NCBI GenBank assembly: GCA_963713865.1
Contig: OY970208.1
Coordinates: forward strand, 1,152,001 to 1,216,000
Length of the DNA: 64,000 bases
Reading direction: 5' to 3'
Source of the DNA: an uncultured candidate division Zixibacteria bacterium
Lineage (GTDB): Bacteria > Zixibacteria > MSB-5A5 > RBG-16-43-9
The position numbers and the translations under genes were made by a program. Below the pieces are notes generated by a model. That model saw nothing but the letters and a program-made list of their open reading frames with translations, ran no database searches and was not told the DNA's origin. Below, piece after piece: positions 19,502 to 28,815 of the stretch; positions within the stretch are counted from its first letter, which is position 1; each line of letters opens with the position of its first letter.

Positions 19502-21686
19502 CCTTACCCCCAATTCTCTTAAAGTTTTAGAGAGGAGGTATCTGAAAAAAGATGATTCCGGGAAGGTAATGGAAACTCCAGAAGAACTATTCTGGAGGGT
19601 AGCTTTAACCATTGCTCAAACAGAAAAAATTTACGGGGCAAGTGATAAGAAAATTGAGCAGTTAGCCCAGGAATTCTATTCTTTTATGAGCCACTTAGAG
19701 TTCTTACCTAACTCACCCACTTTGATGAATGCCGGGAGAGCCTTAGGTCAGCTCTCAGCTTGTTTTGTTCTGCCGATTGAGGACAGTATGGAGTCGATCT
19801 TCGATGCGGTAAAAAATACAGCTTTGATTCACAAAAGTGGTGGAGGAACCGGTTTTTCCTTCTCCCGTCTCCGACCCAAGAACTCAGTTGTGGCATCTAC
19901 CTCTGGAGTTGCCTCAGGACCTATCTCTTTTATGAAGGTGATAAATGCGGCTACTGAGGCGGTCAAACAGGGAGGGACCAGAAGGGGTGCTAATATGGGA
20001 ATCCTGAAGGTGGACCATCCGGATATCTTTGAGTTTATCTCCTGTAAAGATGATTTAAAGGAGCTGAATAACTTCAATATCTCTGTGGCGGTGACTGAGG
20101 ATTTTATAGCAAAGGTGGAACAAGATGAAGAATATGAACTTTTCGATCCACGCACCAGAAAACCTTATGAGAAAGATGGTCAGGTGGTAAAATACAGAGC
20201 TAAAGAAGTATTTGACTTGATAGTGGAACATGCCTGGGGTAGTGGTGAACCAGGTGTCATCTTCTTAGACCGGGTAAATGAATCCAATCCTACGCCCAAG
20301 CTGGGTAAAATCGAATCAACCAACCCCTGTGGCGAGCAACCTCTTTTACCCTATGAGAGCTGTAATTTAGGCTCAATTAACCTCTCAAAGATGATAAAGC
20401 TCGAACAGGGGGAGATGGGTATAGATTGGGAAAAGTTAGAAAAGACTATCAGGCTTTCAGTCCATTTCTTAGATAATGTTATCGATGCCAATAAATATCC
20501 CCTTCCTCAGATTGAGAAGATGACCTTAGCTAACCGGAAGATCGGTTTGGGTGTTATGGGCTGGGCTGATATGCTCTTGCAGCTGGGGATCCCTTATGAT
20601 TCAGAAGAGGCTTTAGAGTTAGGGGAGAAGGTTATGGATTTTATCCTGAAAGAGTCTCACCAGTGCTCCTCAGAGTTAGCAGAGAATAGGGGAAATTTCT
20701 CTAATTGGGAGAAGAGTACTTTTTACGATAAAAAGATTCCGATGAGGAACGCAACTGTTACCACCATTGCTCCTGCAGGAACCATAAGTATCATCGCTGG
20801 CTGTTCCTCTGGAATTGAGCCCTTATATGCAGTCTCCTATATTCGAACGGTTATGGATCAAACCAGGATGGTCGAGGTAAATCCTTTCTTTGAAAAAAGG
20901 GCAAAAGAAGAAGGCTTTTATAGTGAAGATCTTATGGAAAAAATAGCTCAAAAAGGGTCAATTCAGAGCTTCCCGGAAATACCGGAGGAGATAAAAAGAA
21001 TGTTCGTAACCGCCTATGATGTTTCTCCTGAATGGCATGTGAGAATGCAGTCTGCTTTTCAGAAATATACTGATAATGCGGTTTCAAAGACCATAAATCT
21101 CCCTAATAAAGCTACCTTAGAAGAGGTAGGAGAAGCTTATATTTTAGCCTATAAATCCGGCTGTAAAGGGATTACAATTTATCGGGATGGAAGTAGAAAA
21201 GAGCAGGTCTTAACTACCAAAAGGGAAAACGAAGGTGAGGTAATAGTTCAAGACCGTCCAGAGACTCTTACTGGAATAACTGAAAAGATAAAAACTGGCT
21301 ACGGTAACCTTTATGTAACAATTAATAGTGTAAATAATAAACCGTTTGAGGTTTTCGCTCAAATAGGGAAGTCTGGTTATTCCACTATGGCAGACACTGA
21401 GGCTATTTGCAGACTGGTCTCCTTAGCATTACGCAGTGGAGTGGCAGTGGATAAGATCATAGAGCAATTGATAGGGATAGGTGGTTCTTCTCCAGTTTTC
21501 GGGAATGGTGAGCTTATAATGTCAATCCCGGATGCAATTGCTAAAGTTTTAAAGAAGCATTTTGGAAACGGGAAGCCAAATTCAGATAGAGATATAAACT
21601 TAGAGTTCTGTCCGGATTGTGGGGCTAAATTAGAATATAAAGAAGGATGTATCCTCTGTCAGGAATGTGGATTTTCAAAGTGCTAA
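19485..21686 (+). CDS. nrdJ: Class II (adenosylcobalamin-dependent) ribonucleotide reductase with TSCPD-like and Zn-ribbon C-terminus
   Basis: [59 protein letters not shown]-terminal CPDCG...C..CGFSKC; no nrdB nearby. Confidence 0.95.
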   Translation: MQGTVDLTPNSLKVLERRYLKKDDSGKVMETPEELFWRVALTIAQTEKIYGASDKKIEQLAQEFYSFMSHLEFLPNSPTLMNAGRALGQLSACFVLPIEDSMESIFDAVKNTALIHKSGGGTGFSFSRLRPKNSVVASTSGVASGPISFMKVINAATEAVKQGGTRRGANMGILKVDHPDIFEFISCKDDLKELNNFNISVAVTEDFIAKVEQDEEYELFDPRTRKPYEKDGQVVKYRAKEVFDLIVEHAWGSGEPGVIFLDRVNESNPTPKLGKIESTNPCGEQPLLPYESCNLGSINLSKMIKLEQGEMGIDWEKLEKTIRLSVHFLDNVIDANKYPLPQIEKMTLANRKIGLGVMGWADMLLQLGIPYDSEEALELGEKVMDFILKESHQCSSELAENRGNFSNWEKSTFYDKKIPMRNATVTTIAPAGTISIIAGCSSGIEPLYAVSYIRTVMDQTRMVEVNPFFEKRAKEEGFYSEDLMEKIAQKGSIQSFPEIPEEIKRMFVTAYDVSPEWHVRMQSAFQKYTDNAVSKTINLPNKATLEEVGEAYILAYKSGCKGITIYRDGSRKEQVLTTKRENEGEVIVQDRPETLTGITEKIKTGYGNLYVTINSVNNKPFEVFAQIGKSGYSTMADTEAICRLVSLALRSGVAVDKIIEQLIGIGGSSPVFGNGELIMSIPDAIAKVLKKHFGNGKPNSDRDINLEFCPDCGAKLEYKEGCILCQECGFSKC

Positions 21687-21720
21687 CTCTTCATAAAAAT
21701 TAAACCTTTTATCGTAATAG

Positions 21721-22335
21721 ATGGGATTTATCGCTCCAGCAGGTAGAACCTCTTCACTGACCTGGGAAGGGAAAGTCTTTCAGGTCCAGACTGAATTTGT
21801 AACCCGACCTAACCCCAAGGTAGTCTCCTCGATCATCTTAGATGGAAAGCTGATCCATAAAGTGGAGAAGATGTGGAAAGGGAAGTTGAATGAAGAGAAT
21901 CAGGAGAAATTAGAGCAATTTCTAAAAAAAGAACACGAATCAGTTACTCGGGCTTTGAAAAAGAACCCGTTCGATTTTCTATCCGGGAAGGAAGAGGTGT
22001 TTCAAAGTCAGATAGACAAGCTTTCTAATTTAAAAGAGATAGAAAACCCTTTCATTTTAAGGTATAATGGTTCTATTCTCTATACGGATAAAAAAGAGGA
22101 TAAGTTTCTGGATGGTGTTTCCAAGATCTTAGCCCAATCCTTAAGAATCGGGCAAGCCCTGACTGATTCTTCCAAATTAGGGGAGATAAAGTCAGGTGTT
22201 TTAGACTTCCCATCTCATAAGATCATCTGGGTTTATTATAACGAAAAGCTCTGGGCAGCCTTTCTGAAAAAAGGTTCACCTATAGACGATACCATTAAAA
22301 CGATGGGGAGTTTAATCCAGGAAAGCTATGAATAA
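21721..22335 (+). CDS. Hypothetical protein, C-terminal half resembles a roadblock/LC7 domain
   Basis: ORF follows nrdJ closely; N-terminal FQVQTE..(SSIILDG) module, C-terminal alpha/beta pattern resembling roadblock. Confidence 0.5.
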   Translation: MGFIAPAGRTSSLTWEGKVFQVQTEFVTRPNPKVVSSIILDGKLIHKVEKMWKGKLNEENQEKLEQFLKKEHESVTRALKKNPFDFLSGKEEVFQSQIDKLSNLKEIENPFILRYNGSILYTDKKEDKFLDGVSKILAQSLRIGQALTDSSKLGEIKSGVLDFPSHKIIWVYYNEKLWAAFLKKGSPIDDTIKTMGSLIQESYE

Positions 22336-23080
22336 AACCCTTCAGGAGATCAAATCGGTTCAGGGTGTAACCGGAGTCTTAGTTTTAGATAAGAAAGAAG
22401 GGATAACCTACCAGCTTACCCCAGTCTCTTTTCCCACAGAGGGGTTAAAGGAGTTAGGGGTTAGACTTTCAAGGCTGGTGAAGCTTCTCTCAACTGAGAT
22501 TAAATTGGAGCTGAAGTTTGAAAACGGAATCGCTTTCTTCTATAATTTAGAGCGAGGAGCAATATTGATATTCGGTCGTCCAGGGATTAATCTGCCGATC
22601 TTGAATCTGGTCTTAAAATCTGCCTTTTTAGCCATTGAAAGAAAACTGGCCAAAAGAGAAGAAGAGCCTCATACAGTTGAAGAGAAGAAAGGGTCTTTTC
22701 TATTGGATAAAATCTATTTAGAGCATCTCCTTTTAGCTTTAAACCAGATAGCTAAAATCTATAAACAGAAGCTGGGGACCTATCTGGTTACCCAGAATTT
22801 GAGAAGGTCTAAAGAGGAGCTTCTGCCTAAATTCAGTCTACTACAGAATTTCTTTGTGGATAATAATGGCATAGTTTCCATAATACGGGGAAAAGAGGAG
22901 GAGGATCTCCCTTTTGATAGCATCAAAGCGTTTGCCATCTGGATCAGTTTTTTCATACACTTATGTTCCAGCCATAGCCCGGAGCTTTTAACTGATATAA
23001 AAGAGCTTACTAAAGGGTTGGAGGAAAACTTAGAGCAGATGGGTTTTTATGAGAGCTATGAAAGGCTTAAAAAGAGTTAG
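22328..23080 (+). CDS. Hypothetical protein with N-terminal roadblock/LC7 (MglB-like) domain
   Basis: L.EI.SV.GV.GVLVLD..G start typical of roadblock; overlaps upstream ORF. Confidence 0.55.
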   Translation: MNKTLQEIKSVQGVTGVLVLDKKEGITYQLTPVSFPTEGLKELGVRLSRLVKLLSTEIKLELKFENGIAFFYNLERGAILIFGRPGINLPILNLVLKSAFLAIERKLAKREEEPHTVEEKKGSFLLDKIYLEHLLLALNQIAKIYKQKLGTYLVTQNLRRSKEELLPKFSLLQNFFVDNNGIVSIIRGKEEEDLPFDSIKAFAIWISFFIHLCSSHSPELLTDIKELTKGLEENLEQMGFYESYERLKKS

Positions 23081-23088
23081 ATCTTATA

Positions 23089-23124
23089 GAAAACCCCTCC
23101 ACCCGAAGGGTGAAGGGGTTTTTC
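23089..23124. terminator. Bidirectional intrinsic terminator (nrdJ operon and 6S-like RNA)
   Basis: GAAAACCCCTCCACCCGAAGGGTGAAGGGGTTTTTC; cUUCGg loop on the minus strand. Confidence 0.8.
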
Positions 23125-23296
23125 GGAAAGGGATAAGGATTTGAAAAAACACTCTTGAAAGAATACAATAAAGGGTTTTTATAGCCACCCGGGATCTTTT
23201 GCTTTCGCTCTCCCGAAGGGTCGTCGCGTACGCGCAACCCCAGGGGACAACCTTAATCGCATCACTGTTAAAGGTTTTTCAAATGATCCCTTTCCA
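23124..23296 (-). ncRNA. ssrS: Stand-alone ~170-nt rod-like RNA, probable 6S RNA
   Basis: 5' GGAAAGGGAU..UUUGAAAAAC pairs with 3' GUUUUUUCAAA..AUCCCUUUCC; central bubble; second stem GAUGCGAUUAAGGUU/AACCCUUUAUUGUAUUC; apical UUCG and GAAA hairpins; own TTGCTT-16-TATTAT promoter and terminator. Confidence 0.6.
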
Positions 23297-23522
23297 GCTT
23301 TATAATATAGATAAAAATAAAAAAAGCAAGTTATTTTTTAAGAAATTTTTATAAGATAGATGAAAAGCTCAAATTTTTGGGAAGAACCAATGGAGTGTAT
23401 CCGCCTGAGGCGGATAGCTTTACCAAAAACCTATTAAAAATAGGAAAATATATTCAGGCAAACCTGTCCTATAAACGGATCCGCAGGAAAGGTTTGCACT
23501 CCATTTTCCATATAGAGAAACT

Positions 23523-23891
23523 ATGATAGAAGCCTTAGGGATAGATTTAATCGAAGTAAAAAGGATAAAAAAAGCTTTAGAAAGATGGGGGAAAAGATTC
23601 TTAGAGAGGGTTTATACTCCTAAGGAGTTATCATACTGTTTAAAGAAAAGGTATCCGGAAAGCTCTCTGGCAGGCAGGTTTGCGGCAAAGGAGGCAGTGA
23701 TGAAAGCTTTAGGAACCGGGCTTTCCTCAGGCGTGAGCTGGAAGGATATAGAGATTGTGAATAATAAAAAAGGCAAGCCAGAGGTTTTTTTATGCGGGAA
23801 GACCAAGAGGATTTTAGGTAAAGGAAAGATTCTTATTAGTATCTCTCATACTAAAGAGGATGCTATTGCCCAGGCGATATTGATAAGGTAG
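23523..23891 (+). CDS. acpS: Holo-ACP synthase
   Basis: GIDLIEV.RI, LAGRFAAKEAVMKALGTG, ISISH. Confidence 0.95.
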   Translation: MIEALGIDLIEVKRIKKALERWGKRFLERVYTPKELSYCLKKRYPESSLAGRFAAKEAVMKALGTGLSSGVSWKDIEIVNNKKGKPEVFLCGKTKRILGKGKILISISHTKEDAIAQAILIR

Positions 23892-23902
23892 TTGTTTACG
23901 TT

Positions 23903-23971
23903 CCCTCTCCCTTTGAGGGAGAGGGACAGGGAGAGGGTTACCCTCCCTTTATCCCTCCCGTCAAGGGAGGG
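23903..23971. repeat. REP-like family C (CCCTCTCC...GGAGAGGG..AGGGTGAGG), two inverted copies
   Basis: Related copies near 28667-28701, 38045-38080, 42070-42126, 42265-42361, 52328-52363, 63272-63304. Confidence 0.8.
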
Positions 23972-24017
23972 AAATAAAATCTGGAAATTAATAACAAACA
24001 TAAAAAAGGAAAAATAA

Positions 24018-24593
24018 ATGGAACAAAAGGAAATCATAGATATCTTTAAAAAGTCAAAAGCTCTTTTAAATGGTCATTTTCTATTGTCCTCAGGTCTGCA
24101 CAGCGATATCTATTTTGAAAAGTTTCAGGTGCTGCAGTATCCTGAATATGTGGAGCTTTTATGTGAAGAGTTAGCCAGGCTTTTCAAGAAGGAGAAGATT
24201 CAGGTGGTAGTGGGACCGACCACTGGCGGGATTATTATTGCTTATGAAGTGGCAAAGAGTTTAAAGGTCAGGTCGATTTTCGCTGAGATGGAAGAAGGAA
24301 AAAGGGTTTTCAAACGAGGGTTTGATCTGCAAGAGAATGAGAGGGTTTTGATTGTGGATGATATTCTGACAACCGGCAAATCAGTGCAGGAAGTTATAGA
24401 TTTGGTAAATAGATATAAAGCTAAAATAATAGGGATCGGAGTCCTTTTAGATAGAAGCGGAAGCAAAGTTCAATTTGCTTATCCTTTAAAACCTTTAGCC
24501 TCTGTTGTTGCCAAAACCTTCAAACCTGAAGAGTGCCCCCTGTGTAAAGAAGGGAAAGTTTTAGTTAAGCCGGGAAGCAGGAAGATGGTTTGA
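24018..24593 (+). CDS. pyrE: Orotate phosphoribosyltransferase
   Basis: GHFLLSSGLHS..Y, VLIVDDILTTGKS, C-terminal CPLC...KPGSR. Confidence 0.93.
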   Translation: MEQKEIIDIFKKSKALLNGHFLLSSGLHSDIYFEKFQVLQYPEYVELLCEELARLFKKEKIQVVVGPTTGGIIIAYEVAKSLKVRSIFAEMEEGKRVFKRGFDLQENERVLIVDDILTTGKSVQEVIDLVNRYKAKIIGIGVLLDRSGSKVQFAYPLKPLASVVAKTFKPEECPLCKEGKVLVKPGSRKMV

Positions 24594-24746
24594 GGTTGTT
24601 TTTATCAGGAGTGTAAACCTTTAAGTTTACCAAATAGTGTGGTAACCCCGCCTTGTCTTCAAGGCGGGGTTTGTTTGAATAGTAGCCGCAACCTTTAGTT
24701 CGCGAAAAAAGAAAAACGCAGACTTAAGTCTGCGGCTACCGGTTGA

Positions 24747-25199
24747 TTATTTCAGGCTGAACTTAACTTTGTACTTCACCCAGACTGCTACTGGGTTACC
24801 TGCACTGAGAGCTGGTTTGTATTCATACTGCAGAGCAGATTTTGTTGCTGGCTCGCAGAAGATATACGGCTTATCACTCGAATCTCTCAGGCACTCCACA
24901 TCCCTGACTTTTCCCTGTCTGTCGATTAGCGCCTTAATCCAGACCTCTCCTTCTATCCCTGCTTTTTTAGCTGAGTCAGGATAGACTGGCTGGACAGTTT
25001 TTATCGGTTGTGGTGCCTCATCATAGGTAACAAATTCATCCGGGGAAGGAAGGGAGTCCTCACTCAGGGCTTGAGCTTTTCCTGCAGAGGTGGTAGTATC
25101 TTCTCCAGCCATCTTCTCTTTGTTCGCACTCTGTTTCTGGCAATAAAATGCTGTGGACAGTAGAAAAAGAGCGATAAGAAGAAGTATTACTTTTTTCAT
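24747..25199 (-). CDS. Exported TonB C-terminal domain protein
   Basis: P.YP..AKKAGIEG.V....LID..GKV, Y.PA...G.PV.VW. Confidence 0.85.
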   Translation of the reverse strand: MKKVILLLIALFLLSTAFYCQKQSANKEKMAGEDTTTSAGKAQALSEDSLPSPDEFVTYDEAPQPIKTVQPVYPDSAKKAGIEGEVWIKALIDRQGKVRDVECLRDSSDKPYIFCEPATKSALQYEYKPALSAGNPVAVWVKYKVKFSLK

Positions 25200-25284
25200 C
25201 TTGATCCTCCTTTCGGTTAAGATTTGTTTTTGTTTGCGTGTAAAGATATTAACATAGACTAAAATTTGTTGCTACCTGCTTTTA

Positions 25285-26418
25285 TTAAATTTTCATTTCA
25301 TAAATCCTGTATTTCTTATAAAGCTTAGCCCCGAATGTTTCCAGGGCGTGATTGATTAGAAAGTTGTCCTCTAAATTCCAGGACATCTCTGCCCATTTAT
25401 ACCCTTTCTTCACCCCATTCGTATAGGTGTCTATATAAAATACGGTATCGATCCCCCTCTTCTGATATTTATGAATTACGCCCATAGTTAAAAGTCTAAG
25501 CCCATCGATTACCTTATGAAATTTGGTGAACCAGAGAAGCTTGAAAATTCCAAAAGGGAAAAGCCTGCCATTTAGCTTAATCAACAATTGATTTATATCC
25601 GGCAAAGCCATTGAAAAACCAGCCGGCTCTCCATCTACCTCAGCAATAAAGACTAAATCCGGGTCAACTATCTTTTTGAAATCTTTGGCTAAATGCTCAA
25701 ACTCCTCATCCGTCATAGGGATTGCTCCCCAGTTTTCGCTCCAGGCTAAATTATAGATCTTTTTTATCTTTTCTATCTCACCTTCAAAATCATTTAAATT
25801 CAGTTTACGAACAACTATATTCTTCTTTTTTCTCACCAGCTCAGCTATCCTTTTGAACCTTTCAGGGGGCCGAATACTTTTTTCCATGTAAAAAGCATAT
25901 AGGTCTTTGGCTTTTACCATACCGTATTTTTCCATAAAATCCAGGTAATATTTAGGATTGTAGGTCATCATAAAAACCGGTGGAAAATCAAACCCTTCTA
26001 TGAGGAAGCCGAGCTCGTCATTAACCGAGAAATTCATCGGTCCACGCATAAGCACCATACCTCTGGATTTAAGCCAATCTTTAACTTTATCCAGCAATTT
26101 TTTTGCCACTGCGAAATCCTCGATTGACTCAAAGAAGCCGAAAAATCCAGCTTTTTCCTGATGGGTCTCTATATGTTTGAAGTTCACCAGACCGGCGATT
26201 CGGCCGACTATCTTTTTATCTTTTTCTGCTAAGAATAGAATTACATCAGCATGTTTATAAAATGGATTTTTTTCCGGATTGAAAAAGGCTTTTCTTTCGG
26301 AGATCAAAGGAGGGACCCAGTTTTTATCATATTTATAGATTTTCCAGGGAAATTGGATGAAATCGAGTAAATCCTTTTTGTTTTCCACTACTCTTATTTT
26401 AAGCTCTTCTTTTTCCAT
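25285..26418 (-). CDS. YghO-like GNAT acyltransferase, candidate bacterial ceramide synthase (bCerS)
   Basis: FIQFPW.IY..D.NWVPPL, GRIAG, GFFGFFES, GPMNFS.NDE.G.LIEGF, YNP.YY, SWNLEDN motifs. Confidence 0.7.
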   Translation of the reverse strand: MEKEELKIRVVENKKDLLDFIQFPWKIYKYDKNWVPPLISERKAFFNPEKNPFYKHADVILFLAEKDKKIVGRIAGLVNFKHIETHQEKAGFFGFFESIEDFAVAKKLLDKVKDWLKSRGMVLMRGPMNFSVNDELGFLIEGFDFPPVFMMTYNPKYYLDFMEKYGMVKAKDLYAFYMEKSIRPPERFKRIAELVRKKKNIVVRKLNLNDFEGEIEKIKKIYNLAWSENWGAIPMTDEEFEHLAKDFKKIVDPDLVFIAEVDGEPAGFSMALPDINQLLIKLNGRLFPFGIFKLLWFTKFHKVIDGLRLLTMGVIHKYQKRGIDTVFYIDTYTNGVKKGYKWAEMSWNLEDNFLINHALETFGAKLYKKYRIYEMKI

Positions 26419-26709
26419 CGAATAAGCTACCTCTCTTTTATCTGAAGACTCGCTTTTGGTAAGTTTATTTCCTGAACTAAGTCAAAAAAGAAATTAACAC
26501 TTGAGTTTGGGTAAGGCAATAGTTTTTTTAGTATTAAGATTTTTAGTGGTATAACAATATATGCTATATAGGATTGTTGCTTAATTCTTTTTTGGAGATA
26601 TCTTATTTAAGGATAGGGTTTGTCCCTGTCCTAATCCTAATAAGGACAACAATATGAGTTGTCTCTGAATTAAATTCATCATCAACTAAAGAAATTTATA
26701 ATAAAAGAA

Positions 26710-26827
26710 GGGAGCCTGCTTAGAAGACTATCTGGCGGGGGCACAAGTCTATGTCTAATTCTTCACTTAGCGGAATTACCTGTGCGTAGTCCTCGAAAGA
26801 GCAGCGCTCCCAAAAAAAGTTATCCTC
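26710..26827 (-). ncRNA. Putative sigma54-dependent structured small RNA
   Basis: Nested stems GGGAGC/GCUCCC, CUGCU/AGCAG, GACUA/UAGUC, GCACAGG/CUUGUGC, UAAUUC/GAAUUA; U-rich tail; begins about 12 nt downstream of a -24/-12 element. Confidence 0.6.
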
Positions 26828-26837
26828 AAAAAATATA

Positions 26838-26853
26838 AGCAACTTTTATGCCA
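26838..26853 (-). promoter_or_regulatory. sigma54 (-24/-12) promoter
   Basis: TGGCATAAAAGTTGCT: GG-N10-GC, close to consensus TGGCAC-N5-TTGCW. Confidence 0.75.
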
Positions 26854-26900
26854 GTTGTATATAAAAAGGAGACAATTGTAACCTTATGTTTAACATATAC

Positions 26901-26930
26901 TTGACTTTAACTTTCTTTCTTTGCTATAAC
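26901..26930 (+). promoter_or_regulatory. Possible sigma70 promoter toward the portal gene
   Basis: TTGACT-18 nt-TATAAC with extended -10 TG. Confidence 0.4.
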
Positions 26931-26945
26931 ATGTTAATTTAAAAA

Positions 26946-27038
26946 TGTTCAATTTTTAGACACTTTAGATCTTTACAGATTATATCCTTAATTCTATCTT
27001 AAAGTTACATAATAGTTTTTTTGTCAATTATATTGACA
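26946..27038. promoter_or_regulatory. Two 17-bp palindromic protein-binding sites (enhancer/UAS- or operator-like)
   Basis: TGTCAAT-TAT-ATTGACA (27022-27038, perfect arms) and TGTTCAA-TTT-TTAGACA (26946-26962), 76 bp apart, both followed by CT. Confidence 0.55.
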
Positions 27039-27215
27039 CTAAAACAGCTTAAGTGTTTTTGTCAGAGGCAGATTAACCTCGCCTGGGCGATTTTGAATAG
27101 GGCTACACTATAAAATAGAAGAATAAATAATATTATACCTGACAAACTTACCTTTAACAAATTCAAAAAATCTACTTTTATGATGGAAAAGATGAAAAAT
27201 AACCAGATTTAGAAG

Positions 27216-28532
27216 ATGAAAATCAAAAAATTTTTCAAAAATTTAATAATAAAAGGAAGCCTTCCATCTAAAAAGGAAAACAACAAATCTTTTCCCCTTC
27301 AGGAAAAGGTTCTCAGCTCATACAGACATCTACCATCAACACCACTTTCTAAAGGTTCATTTAGTTCTGAGGATAATGATATTATTCTTCCATCCCGGCA
27401 ACTTTACGATCGTACCTTTAAAATCAAGCTTTACAGATTATTAAGAGATAATATTCCTGCAATAAATTCAGCTATCTGGACCTGGACCAGGCTCTCCTCT
27501 GCTCCCTCTTCTTACAAGCTAAAAGGGAGCGAGGACCAGGATATTCTAAATCAGGCTTCAAAAATAATCTCGAACTTAGACCGAAGAGTCTACCAGCACT
27601 CCTTCCACAAATTTGGTGGAATTGAAGCTTTGCTTACTCAATTCTTCTACTCCCTTTTCACGGATGGGGCGGTATGTGGAGAATTAGTTTTAAACCCTTC
27701 GCAAAATCGTTTAGATAAGTTCTATTTTATCGATCCCTCTACCATAAGGTTCAAGTTATCCAGAACAAACTATGAGCTTTATCAAGAAATTGATGGGGAA
27801 ATGATTAGACTGAATCAGAATTCAACTTACTATTATGGTTTGGACCCTGATCCGGAAGACCCTTGTGGGAGAAGCATTTTATCCTCTATCCCTTTTGTTA
27901 CCAGGATTGAACAGAGATTGCTTTCGGATATGCAGAAAAGTATGCATAATGCCGGGTATCATCGTCTGCATGTAAAGCTAAAACCACCAGAAAGGTTGCC
28001 TTCTGAATCGAATGAGGCTTATATCGGTAGAGCTAATCGTTATTTTGAGGATACTGTGGAGATGATGAGAAAAATTTCGGTGGAAGATAATCCGATAACC
28101 TGGAACGATGTGCAGATAGATTATATCGGACCCCAGGGGGGTTATGCTGCCACCACTTCCTGGTATATTAATCATAAAGCCTTAATTGAGGAGATCTGTG
28201 CAGGTGTTCACTTAGATCCGTTTATCTTAGGGTATTCTTATGGAGCGCCCTATAGCTGGGCACAGATAAAATATGAGATGATTCAAAGGAACATAATCTC
28301 CATCCAGGCTTCCGCTAAACGCTTTATGGAATGGATACACAATTTAGAGCTGGCGCTTCAAGGGTTAGATTTAGAATACGAGCATCATTTTGATAACCGA
28401 AAGACTTTTGGTCTATTAGAACAAAGACAGGCAGAGAAAATCGCTCTGGAGAATATTATTTTGAAAAAGAATACCGGATTGATAGATGAAGAAGAGGCGA
28501 AAAGGGAAATAAAAATAACTGATGACAAATGA
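27216..28532 (+). CDS. Phage portal-like protein
   Basis: LYR.LR..IP.I.SAI, L.TDG...GELV, IDP.TIRF, P.GRS.L..IPF, EEICAG....PFILG pattern typical of portals; next to a terminase gene. Confidence 0.75.
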   Translation: MKIKKFFKNLIIKGSLPSKKENNKSFPLQEKVLSSYRHLPSTPLSKGSFSSEDNDIILPSRQLYDRTFKIKLYRLLRDNIPAINSAIWTWTRLSSAPSSYKLKGSEDQDILNQASKIISNLDRRVYQHSFHKFGGIEALLTQFFYSLFTDGAVCGELVLNPSQNRLDKFYFIDPSTIRFKLSRTNYELYQEIDGEMIRLNQNSTYYYGLDPDPEDPCGRSILSSIPFVTRIEQRLLSDMQKSMHNAGYHRLHVKLKPPERLPSESNEAYIGRANRYFEDTVEMMRKISVEDNPITWNDVQIDYIGPQGGYAATTSWYINHKALIEEICAGVHLDPFILGYSYGAPYSWAQIKYEMIQRNIISIQASAKRFMEWIHNLELALQGLDLEYEHHFDNRKTFGLLEQRQAEKIALENIILKKNTGLIDEEEAKREIKITDDK

Positions 28533-28815
28533 CAGATAAATAAAGGTTCAAAGGTTCAAAAACTCAATGGTTTAAAGGGAAATGAAAAAAGAAGATTAAA
28601 ACATAGAAGTTAAAATGTTTCAGTGCTTATCAGTTCCTATGAGGTAGAAATACCTCGGGGATTTATCCCCTCTCCTTTTTAAGGAGAGGGTCGGAGTGAG
28701 GTTATTTTTTCGCTCACATCTTTTTTTCATCCTTCGGCATCCGTCGTTAGTAGTTATTTTTTTAATCTGTCATCTTCTATTTTGCTTTCGTTATTTTCTA
28801 TTTGTAGGTGATTTA

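Noticed and set aside
26763-26813. 16-codon TTG-start ORF (MGALLFRGLRTGNSAK) inside the sigma54 RNA
   Set aside because: Weak start buried in the closing stem and no other support; cannot be fully excluded as a dual-function RNA
28696-28815. Hydrophobic N-terminal extension of terminase in the ORF track
   Set aside because: Starts inside a REP copy; a TTG with a good RBS at 28816 is the better start
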